Source: a virus
Length of the DNA stretch: 64,000 nt
Virus record (IMG/VR): IMGVR_UViG_3300045971_000356
Location: 64,001 to 128,000 of that record
Strand: one strand, 5' to 3'
This document shows, piece by piece, positions 30,302-39,596 of this stretch. Each line of letters opens with the position of its first letter. Position 1 is the first letter of the stretch. Made by a program: the position numbers and the translations under genes. The notes below the pieces were generated by a model. It was given only the letters and a program-made list of their open reading frames with translations. It was not told the DNA's origin and ran no database searches.

Positions 30302-30928
30302 TTATGGGGCAAAGGTGAAAACTGTGGGCCCTTTATTGTACATTTCAACTTCTATTTTAATAGATTGTTTAGCGTTGGCAATTTTATTGGCTATCATCTG
30401 GCATTCGTCGGCATTTCCGCCTATTTGAGATATAAAATTAAGACCTGACTCGAGTAGTCCCTCAAAACTTTTGTATTCAGCATTATCGCTATGTGATAAT
30501 AGCACACCGTCAATTTTCACTCTAACATATACAGATGGGAATGACCCAGCATAGTGACTGTCTGCTATACCAGGAAGTTGAAGTTTTATGCCAAATGTCC
30601 CGTTAGTCCGATCCATAAGATATAGTTTTGCTCCGTTCCCAGACAAACTTCTGTAAGTAAATGATGTATCATCCATTTCATTTCGCTGGGTATGAGATTC
30701 CCAGTTACTTTTTTTAACGGGTGGGGGTTTAATTGCCGGACTAGCTTGTGACAATTTTTGCGTCTGCGACTGGACTGTTTGGGCAGCAGGATCTGTATTA
30801 GGAAATAATGCTTTACCACCAAGAACACCACCTATTAGGGCTGATCCCGCTAAAAGCCCAGTCCCAATAGCCTTACCTATGCCTTCGTCTAAGTTATCGG
30901 TTGATATAATAAATTCTGATGATTTCAT
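30302..30928 (-). CDS. Tagged protein with hydrophobic segment after LDE|G
   Basis: MKSSEFI...LDEG then GLLAGSALIGG; ATAAATA 5 nt before the ATG. Confidence 0.6.
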   Translation of the reverse strand: MKSSEFIISTDNLDEGIGKAIGTGLLAGSALIGGVLGGKALFPNTDPAAQTVQSQTQKLSQASPAIKPPPVKKSNWESHTQRNEMDDTSFTYRSLSGNGAKLYLMDRTNGTFGIKLQLPGIADSHYAGSFPSVYVRVKIDGVLLSHSDNAEYKSFEGLLESGLNFISQIGGNADECQMIANKIANAKQSIKIEVEMYNKGPTVFTFAP

Positions 30929-30994
30929 GTAATTATTTATGCCATACTTATTGCTTTTTCATTTTTCGTTGCGTTATCATTGATAAATAAAAAT

Positions 30995-31207
30995 ATGAAT
31001 ATTTCTGATTTAATAATAAAAGAAGGTACTCCCGAGCATACAGCATACTTGCTATCTAGAAATGCTGATGAAGAAGCTGCGGCTTGGGCAAAAATGGAAG
31101 GCGAGTCTTTTTGGAACCCAGCTCGAATCAAATTGGTTAGACAAATGCGAAAAGCCAACAATAAAATCAATAAAATTAAGAAAAGATTATTTAAAGGTAT
31201 ACTATAA
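30995..31207 (+). CDS. Small basic protein with MNISDLIIKE tag
   Basis: ATAAATA 5 nt before the ATG. Confidence 0.5.
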   Translation: MNISDLIIKEGTPEHTAYLLSRNADEEAAAWAKMEGESFWNPARIKLVRQMRKANNKINKIKKRLFKGIL

Positions 31208-31951
31208 TTATTTCATACCTCGCAACCAGCCCAATGAAATAAGTTGGTTAGCGTCTGCTTTTGGCAGTAGTTTGTTTTCTAAATGATTGTGAACCCATAA
31301 TTTCTCTTGCTTGGCAACAGTAGGGCCAGCCCCGAATTTCCAACCACCAGCCAAATATGGCGAACACTCAGTGAAATGAATATATTTTCTATCGCCAGTG
31401 GCAGGATTATGAACCCAACGTTTTGTAATATTCGCGAGACTGTGTTTTTTAGATTTTTCTGGGCTGCACGGTGAGCGAACATTGTATAAAGGATTGTTTT
31501 CAGATGCCCGCAATTTTCTAGTAGCGGACATTTTAGCTTTTTCAACAGCAGTTCGCGGGATTCCTTTATTCCAAACAATTTGATTTTTTCGTATTTCACG
31601 CATTGCGATATAGTCGCGCGACGATATTTTATACCGCTGTTGATTTTTGTTTACTATAGATAACGCAGTGAATGCTATTTTCATTTTTGCTTTCGCAGTT
31701 CCCTCGACCATTTTGGGTAATAATTTATGGCAAACATAATGCTCGTGGGCAGTCAACTTAACTATATTGTTTTTGTCATTTGCGTTTCCCTCGACCCATC
31801 CCGCTGGCCCTTTTCTTTTACGATGTTTGAAGAAAGATTCAGGAATAATATGATGCCTTTCGTAATACGTAGTCTTGTCAATTACCCTTGACTTTGCGGT
31901 AAGCATAATGTTATTATACCAGTTAGAATATTTGTTGTTATTGAAGATCAT
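31208..31951 (-). CDS. HNH homing endonuclease
   Basis: YERHHIIPESF, LTAHEHYVCH, WNKG and WVHN...GW..G repeats. Confidence 0.85.
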   Translation of the reverse strand: MIFNNNKYSNWYNNIMLTAKSRVIDKTTYYERHHIIPESFFKHRKRKGPAGWVEGNANDKNNIVKLTAHEHYVCHKLLPKMVEGTAKAKMKIAFTALSIVNKNQQRYKISSRDYIAMREIRKNQIVWNKGIPRTAVEKAKMSATRKLRASENNPLYNVRSPCSPEKSKKHSLANITKRWVHNPATGDRKYIHFTECSPYLAGGWKFGAGPTVAKQEKLWVHNHLENKLLPKADANQLISLGWLRGMK

Positions 31952-31976
31952 ATATTATATTTATAAAAGGAATAAA

Positions 31977-32510
31977 ATGGCTGTATGTTTAGATATCGAA
32001 ACCATGGGGTTTCAACATAATTGTGTCGTCTTAACTTTAGGAGCCGTTAAATTTGATCCGTACACGCTCCAAGATCCATACGAACCGCTGTACCTTCGCT
32101 TCAACGTAGATGAGCAAACTGCGCTCGGCCGCGTCATTGACGACTCGACGATGGAGTGGTGGGCAAAGCAACCACAATCCGCACAGGACGAAGCGTTTGG
32201 CGACGACGGTGATCGTATCAGCATGGAAGAAGTTACAACACAACTCAACAAGTACCTTGTCGGTGTAGACAAGATTTGGGCTCAAGGACCGTTGTTTGAC
32301 ATAGACATTATGGCAAACTTTTACAAGATGATTGGCAAGCCAGTGCCATGGCAGTATTGGCAAATCCGTGACTCACGCACAATTGGTGACATGGGTGATT
32401 ACTCTGCTAAGACAGGCAACAAAGACGCACACAATGCGTTAGCTGATGCTTATAGCCAAGCAGTAGGCGTACAGCAAATTTATCGCCAATGCGGCGTTAA
32501 GAAAAAATGA
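31977..32510 (+). CDS. DEDDh 3'-5' exonuclease (RNase AS / Exo VIII-like)
   Basis: LDIET, T.EWW..Q, FD, RDSRT and HNALADA. Confidence 0.85.
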   Translation: MAVCLDIETMGFQHNCVVLTLGAVKFDPYTLQDPYEPLYLRFNVDEQTALGRVIDDSTMEWWAKQPQSAQDEAFGDDGDRISMEEVTTQLNKYLVGVDKIWAQGPLFDIDIMANFYKMIGKPVPWQYWQIRDSRTIGDMGDYSAKTGNKDAHNALADAYSQAVGVQQIYRQCGVKKK

Positions 32511-32887
32511 CATCTGATTTAAGAAAATATATAAACTTAGTTGAATCCGAGGAACAGGCTGGGTTACTACATGAGATGGCCAATGTCGGTCCACAGCGAC
32601 ATGGTATTGAGAATGTTTACATTTACGTTGGCTCCGTAGAAAAAGCACCACATTGGTTGCGAGTAAAAGTGTCAAATGTTCCTGGACGCTATGACAGAAA
32701 TGATAGTTTTGTCATTAAAATGCCAAGCCTTGATTATGATCCACATCAAGTTGCAAGCTGGATTACTCCAAAGATTATGAATAAAATTTTAGAGTGGATA
32801 AAATTAAACCAAAAAATTCTATATGATTATGAAACTGGCGTAGTGACGGACACTGATGAATTTTTGGGCAGTTTATCGAAGGTATGA
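32507..32887 (+). CDS. Hypothetical protein with DLRKYINLVE...LHE|MAN leader
   Basis: Coupled ORF; possible LxE processing sites. Confidence 0.55.
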   Translation: MTSDLRKYINLVESEEQAGLLHEMANVGPQRHGIENVYIYVGSVEKAPHWLRVKVSNVPGRYDRNDSFVIKMPSLDYDPHQVASWITPKIMNKILEWIKLNQKILYDYETGVVTDTDEFLGSLSKV

Positions 32888-32888
32888 C

Positions 32889-33467
32889 ATGACAGTAACA
32901 TTAGAGACAGTAACAGGCAGGTTTGTTGATGTAACAAATCCTGATCCAGATACGATTAGTATTGAGGACATTGGCTGGGGATTGTCTCGTATGTCGCGAT
33001 TTTGCGGCCATACTATTACAGTTATCCCATACTCTGTGGCACAGCATTCTGTCTTTGTTGCTAATGAGGTTGAAGTAGCTACACGTGGTGACACAAGGAT
33101 GACTATGCTCGCGTTATTACACGATGCTGCTGAAGTCTACACTGGTGACTGGCCAAGCCCAGTCAAGAGAATCCCAGAGTTGCGTCCACATATTAAGGCG
33201 TTAGAAGCAAAGTTGATGAACGCAATTTATGTTGCGTTGGGCATTGAGCCACCAACAGACTATGACGAGCATATCATCAAGCAAGCAGACAGAGTAGCAC
33301 AAAAAATTGAAGCGCATGCGTTTATGCCATCGCGTGGAAAAGACTGGCCAGATCTTCCTGAAGTCTCGCTGGAGAAGTTACAGCAATTTAACGATCCTGT
33401 GGACTCACTTACCGCATACAAAATGTTTATGAAGAAATTTAATGAACTCAACATTGAGTTAGAGTAA
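32889..33467 (+). CDS. HD-domain 5'-deoxynucleotidase-like phosphohydrolase
   Basis: RFCGHT, YSVAQHS, LLHDAAE...GD...P.K and IKQAD. Confidence 0.85.
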   Translation: MTVTLETVTGRFVDVTNPDPDTISIEDIGWGLSRMSRFCGHTITVIPYSVAQHSVFVANEVEVATRGDTRMTMLALLHDAAEVYTGDWPSPVKRIPELRPHIKALEAKLMNAIYVALGIEPPTDYDEHIIKQADRVAQKIEAHAFMPSRGKDWPDLPEVSLEKLQQFNDPVDSLTAYKMFMKKFNELNIELE

Positions 33468-33474
33468 ATATACG

Positions 33475-33783
33475 ATGCAAATCATTTTCGGACAAGAAAT
33501 CGCTGAAGAAGTTCGTATGCGGCACATCGTGCTGGAACTCGAAACGTTTACGGTAAAAGACAGCGAGAAGACTGCGTACTGTGTTGTGCGTCCCGAAAGT
33601 ATCAACTTAACCGAAATGCCAGACATTCAACGTCTATGCCGGTTACATGAGGCGACAATAGAAGCATTAAAGCGCAACGACACAGAAACAGTGCTTGATG
33701 GAATTAGCCACCTTCGCGGGCATTTCAACGGCGAGTTGGATAGTTTTTATGATGTCATACAAAAAAGAATTACGGAAAAATAA
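33475..33783 (+). CDS. Hypothetical protein
   Basis: IVLELETF...L.GHFNGELDSFY. Confidence 0.65.
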   Translation: MQIIFGQEIAEEVRMRHIVLELETFTVKDSEKTAYCVVRPESINLTEMPDIQRLCRLHEATIEALKRNDTETVLDGISHLRGHFNGELDSFYDVIQKRITEK

Positions 33784-34853
33784 TGTCAACAAATATAAAA
33801 ACAGTAGCAGCAGATTTAACTGATTCATTTTTTAAAGATTTACAAAAGCAAATTGCTAAACAAGTCAATGATGACATCGCACACAAGTTAGCACACATTG
33901 ATATTAATCAAACAGTTCGTGAATGTGTTGACTATACAATTAAAAAGCAATTAACAGAGTTACGGTTCCCACCAAGCAGTATCCCTGGTGACGCTATTAA
34001 AATTGACACACTGCGTATTGTTGGTGAGAATGTTTATGGCGGGACACATAAATTATTCATGAGTACTGGTATTCAAGACACCGCGTCTGAGTGCCAGATT
34101 ACAATCTTAGATTCCGCTACTGTTATAGAGAATACGCTCATTGCTAAAGACGCAGAGATTAAAGGCGACCTAACAGTGGATGGAGTGTTGAACGTCACTG
34201 GAGAAATATCTCCTGACTCACCCTTTTACAAAGAGTTAGTTGAGCACTCAGCTGGGTTAGTTCGCTTGTCGTTAAACGACGATTTTTTTAAACAGTTTTC
34301 TAAAACAGTTTTTGAACAAATTAAAGAGCAAGGCATTGATTTAACTAAATTAACGCTCAACGGTTCTCCTATTATTACTGGAAGCGAGCTAAATCGTTCT
34401 ATTGTTGAATCAAGTTTACGCACTGTAGGTAACTTGAAAACTTTAGTTGTTGATGGTGACACAACCATCAACCAAGAAACACTTAACATTGGTATTCGCC
34501 GTGTTGGTATCAACACAACAGAGCCACAGGGTGCGTTTGAAGTTTGGGATGATGAGTGCGAGTTTTTAGTTAAGAAACAGAAGAAAGACACTATGATGTG
34601 GGGCACAACGCGACCTCACGATGTAGTGTTAAGCAGCAACAATAAAGACAACCTTGTGTTAAACTCTGACGGCAGCGTCACAGTGGCAAAAATTGCTGTG
34701 GGTAATACTACAATGTCAAGCAGCGATGCGCGGCCAGCGTATGCTGCAAAGCGTGGCACAATTGTCTGGAACACAAATGCTGATGTCGGACAACCCATCG
34801 GCTATGTTTGCGTTGGTGGAGCAAACTGGGGTTCTTTTGGTGAAATTAGTTAG
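33783..34853 (+). CDS. Putative virion structural protein
   Basis: SSLRTVGNL, RVGINTTEP and C-terminal GTIVWN...GYVC...W..FG. Confidence 0.6.
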   Translation: MSTNIKTVAADLTDSFFKDLQKQIAKQVNDDIAHKLAHIDINQTVRECVDYTIKKQLTELRFPPSSIPGDAIKIDTLRIVGENVYGGTHKLFMSTGIQDTASECQITILDSATVIENTLIAKDAEIKGDLTVDGVLNVTGEISPDSPFYKELVEHSAGLVRLSLNDDFFKQFSKTVFEQIKEQGIDLTKLTLNGSPIITGSELNRSIVESSLRTVGNLKTLVVDGDTTINQETLNIGIRRVGINTTEPQGAFEVWDDECEFLVKKQKKDTMMWGTTRPHDVVLSSNNKDNLVLNSDGSVTVAKIAVGNTTMSSSDARPAYAAKRGTIVWNTNADVGQPIGYVCVGGANWGSFGEIS

Positions 34854-35407
34854 TCTATAGTAAATTTATTGTTCTTTTGCCTATTGTCAGTTCGAGGGAT
34901 TACTTGTAAGTTAAATTCACAATGCAATCCACACACTAACTTGTGGTTTGATGGAACAATGTGGTCTACTTCGTGTGGCACACCAGTCTCAATAGATAAT
35001 TGACGAGCTTTGGTGTAAAACTCTAGTATTTTCTCTTTACTCGCCCACGGTGGCATAGATTTATCACGCTTTTTCCTTCGATTTACTATATAAGCACTCC
35101 ACTCAGCTTTACGCTGAAACACTGATTTACTGGGTGGCCGTTGGAATTTAGTGACGTTATATTTTCGCTTAGGTTTACTTATTTTTTCTGGCAATGGCCC
35201 GACAAAAGTTTTCAAAAATTCTCGTCTATTCTTGCCATATTCAATAAAATCTTCTTTAGTTTTATTTGGCTGATCTAATGTGCCGTGCCGCAATTTTGCT
35301 GAATATATCCCTTGGTGGCTTTTACAGCAGCAAGACATTCTCCATCCAGCAACGGGCCTATCGCATCCAGGTAGCTTGCAAAACTTAGGTTCAAATATAG
35401 TAGTCAT
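34850..35407 (-). CDS. HNH endonuclease
   Basis: EVDHIVP...VCGLH...NLQVI...N..K.N. Confidence 0.88.
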   Translation of the reverse strand: MTTIFEPKFCKLPGCDRPVAGWRMSCCCKSHQGIYSAKLRHGTLDQPNKTKEDFIEYGKNRREFLKTFVGPLPEKISKPKRKYNVTKFQRPPSKSVFQRKAEWSAYIVNRRKKRDKSMPPWASKEKILEFYTKARQLSIETGVPHEVDHIVPSNHKLVCGLHCEFNLQVIPRTDNRQKNNKFTID

Positions 35408-35475
35408 ATTATTATTTATGACGAACGGTGTAATATAATAATATATTGCACCGCCACATGAAAGCTAAATAATAG

Positions 35476-35529
35476 TGTAGGTGCTGCATAATGCGGGCTT
35501 ACATATTAAACACTTGCTTATCAAAGGAG
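35476..35529 (+). promoter_or_regulatory. Second copy of the hsp20-type structured leader
   Basis: TGTAGG-tg-CTGCA-taa-TGCGG-g-CTTACA, then CTTGCT...AGGAG. Confidence 0.55.
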
Positions 35530-35535
35530 AAAACT

Positions 35536-35772
35536 ATGTTTAAAAATTTCACACCAACTTTCCCAGAACTCATTATGCCTACCGCTATCGAAGTCGTTGA
35601 AGCTAACCGCAGCATCACAACCGCAATCGTTAATTTAGTGCCACATACGCAAACTAAAGACGCATTGGCTCGCGTAACCAGCGCAGCATTGTCGTCAGCA
35701 ACATTGTTCGCTGATCAAATTGATAAAGCTGCAAAAACGTTCAAAGAGTTCACTGAGAAGAAAAAGGCGTAA
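35536..35772 (+). CDS. Small helical protein, possibly phasin-like
   Basis: Ala/Thr-rich amphipathic helix with strong SD; family call tentative. Confidence 0.4.
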   Translation: MFKNFTPTFPELIMPTAIEVVEANRSITTAIVNLVPHTQTKDALARVTSAALSSATLFADQIDKAAKTFKEFTEKKKA

Positions 35773-35773
35773 T

Positions 35774-35941
35774 ATGATGATGTTATTCTTTATGTCCAAA
35801 ATAGCTGGACTAATATCCCCTGTTTCAAGACAGACAGAATTAGACAGGTATATTAGCTCAAAAAATCCGCAAACTGCCGCTGATGTAGAATATTACATCA
35901 AGCAGTATGATGAAGAACAACGAAGGAAATTTATATGGTAA
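35774..35941 (+). CDS. DUF3563-like small protein
   Basis: ELDRYI...ADVEYYIKQYD pattern. Confidence 0.45.
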   Translation: MMMLFFMSKIAGLISPVSRQTELDRYISSKNPQTAADVEYYIKQYDEEQRRKFIW

Positions 35942-36037
35942 TGATTGCACTACGCTCAATTTGGCGCTTCTTAGCGAAAGCTGGAGAAGCGCGATACGAA
36001 AAATACAAACGTAATCCACAGGCATACTGGTACTAAG

Positions 36038-36062
36038 AAAAGGGACTTTACGGTCCCTTTTT
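36038..36062 (+). terminator. Intrinsic terminator
   Basis: AAAAGGGAC-tttacg-GTCCCTTTTT. Confidence 0.8.
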
Positions 36063-36068
36063 CATGGC

Positions 36069-36097
36069 TTGACAGTCAAGCAATTTGGTGCTATAAT
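36069..36097 (+). promoter_or_regulatory. Early promoter of the TTGACAGTCAAGC type
   Basis: TTGACA-17-TATAAT. Confidence 0.85.
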
Positions 36098-36123
36098 ACT
36101 CGCATAGCAACAAGGAGTTTGTC

Positions 36124-36333
36124 ATGGGTTACAAAGCAGTTCGTGAAGTGGATAACATGCGTGACACTTACGGCTTCCGTCAGGGACTTGAAGGCCCGTT
36201 TTCATTCTCTGGGCGAGTGCTGTATTACGATACTCGCGAAGGAAAATATTATGACCCGCGGACTGATTGGTATATTGAACAGGACGAGATGAACGCGATC
36301 AACCAGCGTTTGACTGATTTACTTGCTTCTTAG
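36124..36333 (+). CDS. Conserved small early protein
   Basis: GLEGPF...GRVLYYD..EGKYYDP.TD.Y. Confidence 0.75.
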   Translation: MGYKAVREVDNMRDTYGFRQGLEGPFSFSGRVLYYDTREGKYYDPRTDWYIEQDEMNAINQRLTDLLAS

Positions 36334-36889
36334 CAGCCATGGTGGCGCGGAAAGATTCTAATTTTTTCTGCTTTTGCTCTTCAGATTGTGTATAACCTTT
36401 CTTTTTTGGTTTACCCAAATGCGCTGCGGCTATTTTGGCTTTAGTTTCTTCCGTATGGAACTCTGGGCACCCAGCAGGTTTCTTCCTTCCTTTGAATTTC
36501 TCACTGAGGAACAGTTTTTGCTCGGCAGAGCATGGTTTCATAATTTGGGTAGCCCTTGCTGCTTTAATTTTTTCCCTTGTCTCAGGTGTGTGCGTCCGGC
36601 CATACATTCCGTTTTTTGCCCCTTTAAGGCAATTGCCGTCCCCGCCGTCAGTTTGGTTTTGTAAAATTCCAGTGCCTAAATCTTTTCTACCATATTTTGC
36701 GATAAGTTCCTTTTCCATGGACTTAGCAGTATCGTCACTTAGTCCTTCAGCTAAAATTACAATTCTGGCTGTATCCGCAGGCAAATGTATGCGGTGTCTG
36801 CCAGACCAGGCTCGACGGCCTTTGCCTTTTCCAATATAATACGGTGATCCGTCTTCGCGTAAATAAGCGTAAGTGTAATAGTTGTCCAT
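36299..36889 (-). CDS. GIY-YIG homing endonuclease with NUMOD3
   Basis: YTYAYLREDGSPYYIGKG, NQTDGGDG and MYGRTHTPET. Confidence 0.88.
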   Translation of the reverse strand: MDNYYTYAYLREDGSPYYIGKGKGRRAWSGRHRIHLPADTARIVILAEGLSDDTAKSMEKELIAKYGRKDLGTGILQNQTDGGDGNCLKGAKNGMYGRTHTPETREKIKAARATQIMKPCSAEQKLFLSEKFKGRKKPAGCPEFHTEETKAKIAAAHLGKPKKKGYTQSEEQKQKKLESFRATMAAKKQVNQSNAG

Positions 36890-36900
36890 ACTTTATTTAT

Positions 36901-36967
36901 CCGAGCACTGACTTTTATGTTTTTATTTGCCGTTCACCAGCAATTAGCTGATATTCTTGCGAAATAG
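36901..36967 (+). pseudogene. Displaced original 3' end of gene 36124
   Basis: Translates PSTDFYV...AVHQQLADILAK*, matching PRTDWYI...AINQRLTDLLAS*. Confidence 0.75.
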
Positions 36968-37221
36968 TCAAGGATTTTGAGCAGATTCGCTTGACTTCGC
37001 CACGATTCTGCGCTATAATACTCGCATAGCACAAAGGAGTTCACCATGTTCCCACACTTTATTGCCTCGAAAAATGTCAATAATCAGCATGTAGTTCTGT
37101 GGCAACTTGGTGATTATCACTACGAAATCGAGCATACTGCTCACGCAAAACCCACAGTGGATTTGCCCAATACGCCGAGTGAAGATGCGGTGAAACTGTT
37201 TAACGAAACTGAAGTTTTTGC

Positions 37222-37250
37222 TTGACAGTCAAGCATTTTGGCTGTATAAT
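37222..37250 (+). promoter_or_regulatory. Early promoter of the TTGACAGTCAAGC type
   Basis: TTGACA-17-TATAAT. Confidence 0.85.
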
Positions 37251-37280
37251 ACATACATAGCAAAGCAAATAGGAGTTTTT

Positions 37281-37571
37281 ATGTCGTACGTTATTATGAA
37301 TGTTGGTACAGAAACTTTGTATTATGTGCGTGGCCAATACGGTTACAAGCACTACCGTACAGAGCAAGGTGCGAAGGCAATGGCCACCCGTCTCAACAAG
37401 CAATACGGCGACACAAAACAGTGGGTGACAATGTCAGCAGCTGAGTTCGACGAAAAGCACAACCCAATGGTTGAAACGACGAACATCATGAGTGGCAAGA
37501 CTGTGATGATCCGCAAGTCCGAAAAAGGCGGTTGCTGCGATCCAGGAACTGAGCGTTATTGGTCTTGCTGA
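37281..37571 (+). CDS. Conserved small early protein
   Basis: NIMSGK...CCDP.TE.YWS; SD AGGAG. Confidence 0.75.
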   Translation: MSYVIMNVGTETLYYVRGQYGYKHYRTEQGAKAMATRLNKQYGDTKQWVTMSAAEFDEKHNPMVETTNIMSGKTVMIRKSEKGGCCDPGTERYWSC

Positions 37572-38155
37572 TTTTTAACCATAATGAAAGTGCCATCTGG
37601 CAGATATTTTCGTTTAGCACCGCGTTTAGATGCTTTCATTTTAGCAACCATTTCAGGAGTTCGCGGAATGCCACGCTTTGCATCAGCCCTACGTTTAACA
37701 TCGTCGGCGGGCATTTTCCATCCAGACAATCGTTTCTTTTCCTCACGTGCAAGTGCGGTACGACTTTGCTTTTGTTTCCATTCCTTACTTTTAGGTTGTG
37801 ACGCATGCCACCGCAGCAAATCTAATACTTTTTGCGATGGATTTTTTGGTGCTAAAAAGTGTGAGCCTCCGCCATTATGCCGATTAATCCAATCTGTTCT
37901 TGACGCAGCATTTAACCGTCGAAGAACTTTATTTTCCCAACGCAGCGCGGCTGCTCCGTCAGTAAATATTTTTCGAACTTCAGCAGTAAATGAGTTGACA
38001 CCATAGTTGTCAATGAGTGCTTTTACTATGGGAGATGAGGAAAAATAAGTGGTCCATAAATCAGTTGGGGAACAATGTTTTGCAAACCGAACTCCATAAT
38101 AATGCATTTTGGTAGGTTTATGAAACAGGTGATAACTAAAAGGAATAGTTGACAT
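37556..38155 (-). CDS. GIY-YIG-type homing endonuclease
   Basis: PFSYHL...YYGVR, YFSSS, WE.KVL and WIN motifs. Confidence 0.8.
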   Translation of the reverse strand: MSTIPFSYHLFHKPTKMHYYGVRFAKHCSPTDLWTTYFSSSPIVKALIDNYGVNSFTAEVRKIFTDGAAALRWENKVLRRLNAASRTDWINRHNGGGSHFLAPKNPSQKVLDLLRWHASQPKSKEWKQKQSRTALAREEKKRLSGWKMPADDVKRRADAKRGIPRTPEMVAKMKASKRGAKRKYLPDGTFIMVKNQQDQ

Positions 38156-38188
38156 TATGCTGTAAATAGTGTATAATGTATTTATTCA

Positions 38189-38206
38189 ACTTATTGGTCA
38201 ATGTAA
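38189..38206 (+). pseudogene. Displaced original 3' end of gene 37281
   Basis: ACT TAT TGG TCA ATG TAA = TYWSM*, versus current RYWSC*. Confidence 0.65.
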
Positions 38207-38397
38207 CTATTTTTGTAAAAAGGAAAAATCATGTTTAAAGTTTTAGTTATTGTCGCTGGTTCCGTTATCGACTCTGAAGTGTTTACAAAAGAGTCGCAAG
38301 CGGTTGACTACGCTTCTGAACAACAAGATATGGGCCGTAAGGTGCGCATTGTTGAAGTGGCTGACGCTGATGACATCCTCGACACGGACGCAGCATA

Positions 38398-38814
38398 ATG
38401 CAGCACACTGAGTTCGCATTATTGCCAGACACCACGCAGAACGATCTGCTTGAGTCTGGCATGATGTTTATGAAGTCCATCACAGAAGCATACGGTGCTG
38501 ACACTGGCATGCAACTGTGGGACACAATCGCATCTACGCTTGACCCAGAGATCAAAGGTCAAATCTTTTTCCGCATGCTCACTGGCGATGGACCTAACCA
38601 CATCACACTAATGTCATCGCGAGCAAGGTCACTTGGCCAGTTTGTGGCTCTTATTAGGTGTATTCGCGGAGCAACTGGACTTGGACTTAAGGAAGCAAAA
38701 GACCTTTGCGACCTCGTTGAAGCAGGGTCAAAACAAAAAATTAAAATTCTTTCTACCGCAGACAAAAACGCATTTAAGCGTGAGTTGGCGGGAATGCAGG
38801 TGTCGTTTTTATGA
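38398..38814 (+). CDS. Protein with ribosomal L7/L12 C-terminal-like domain
   Basis: LIRCIRGATGLGLKEAKDL. Confidence 0.7.
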   Translation: MQHTEFALLPDTTQNDLLESGMMFMKSITEAYGADTGMQLWDTIASTLDPEIKGQIFFRMLTGDGPNHITLMSSRARSLGQFVALIRCIRGATGLGLKEAKDLCDLVEAGSKQKIKILSTADKNAFKRELAGMQVSFL

Positions 38815-39081
38815 TTTCGCTTATATTTCACTTGCACAATCCGTGGAGAAAAGAAGAGTTCTCAAATTTGTATTGCAAGTCTGGTTTGATTTCAAAACAT
38901 AAAGCATGGGAATTTGAAATTTACAATCATACGCCCATTGTGTTAAGTGCCCAACTTGTTCTGAATTTCAGAACAGATCATGCTGGACTGACTATTGATT
39001 TTGGAATGTTTGGTTACGAGGCAAGTTTTAAAATTTATGACACTCGTCATTGGGATCGCGACTTAAACAAATGGGAAGATC

Positions 39082-39321
39082 ATGACGCTCCCATATGAAC
39101 GAACTCGTGCCGTAATTCAAACGGAAGCATTTTTGATTGAGATTGCTAACGGCACAAAATATAAACGTGTGCCACGAGATCTAAAATATATGGCGTTAAG
39201 TTTACTGCGACATTATCCCGGCACATCTGACTTGAAGATGACTCACAACGGATGGGGAAGTAAGTTACATGAGTTTATGTTTGAATGTCCGTTTGGAGAC
39301 CCAGATGAGCCGTTCGCATGA
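39082..39321 (+). CDS. BPSL0761-like protein
   Basis: MTLPYERTRAV...FL...LLRHYP. Confidence 0.65.
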   Translation: MTLPYERTRAVIQTEAFLIEIANGTKYKRVPRDLKYMALSLLRHYPGTSDLKMTHNGWGSKLHEFMFECPFGDPDEPFA

Positions 39322-39596
39322 ATACCAAAAAACTGATAGTCATTGAAATCACCAGCATAACGCAATACATTGACGGGGCAAGATGGTTGCGTGAAAATGT
39401 TGGCCATGGAAAAATTTGGACTGCGCCACCTGAAAATCCGTTTAAGTCACGCATGCATTGGTGGGCGAAAGGGTACCCAGACAAATACATTTTCTGGTTT
39501 AAAGACCCAAAAGTGGCAACAATGTTTCGCTTATCATTGCCAGTCCGTGATAAATCTCCACTTGACATACGGGGGCTTTAGTGCTATACTGATGTT

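Noticed and set aside
34853-35440. Displaced gene-end remnants beside the endonucleases at 34850, 31208 and 6192
   Set aside because: Only matches of three codons or fewer were found, which cannot be distinguished from chance.
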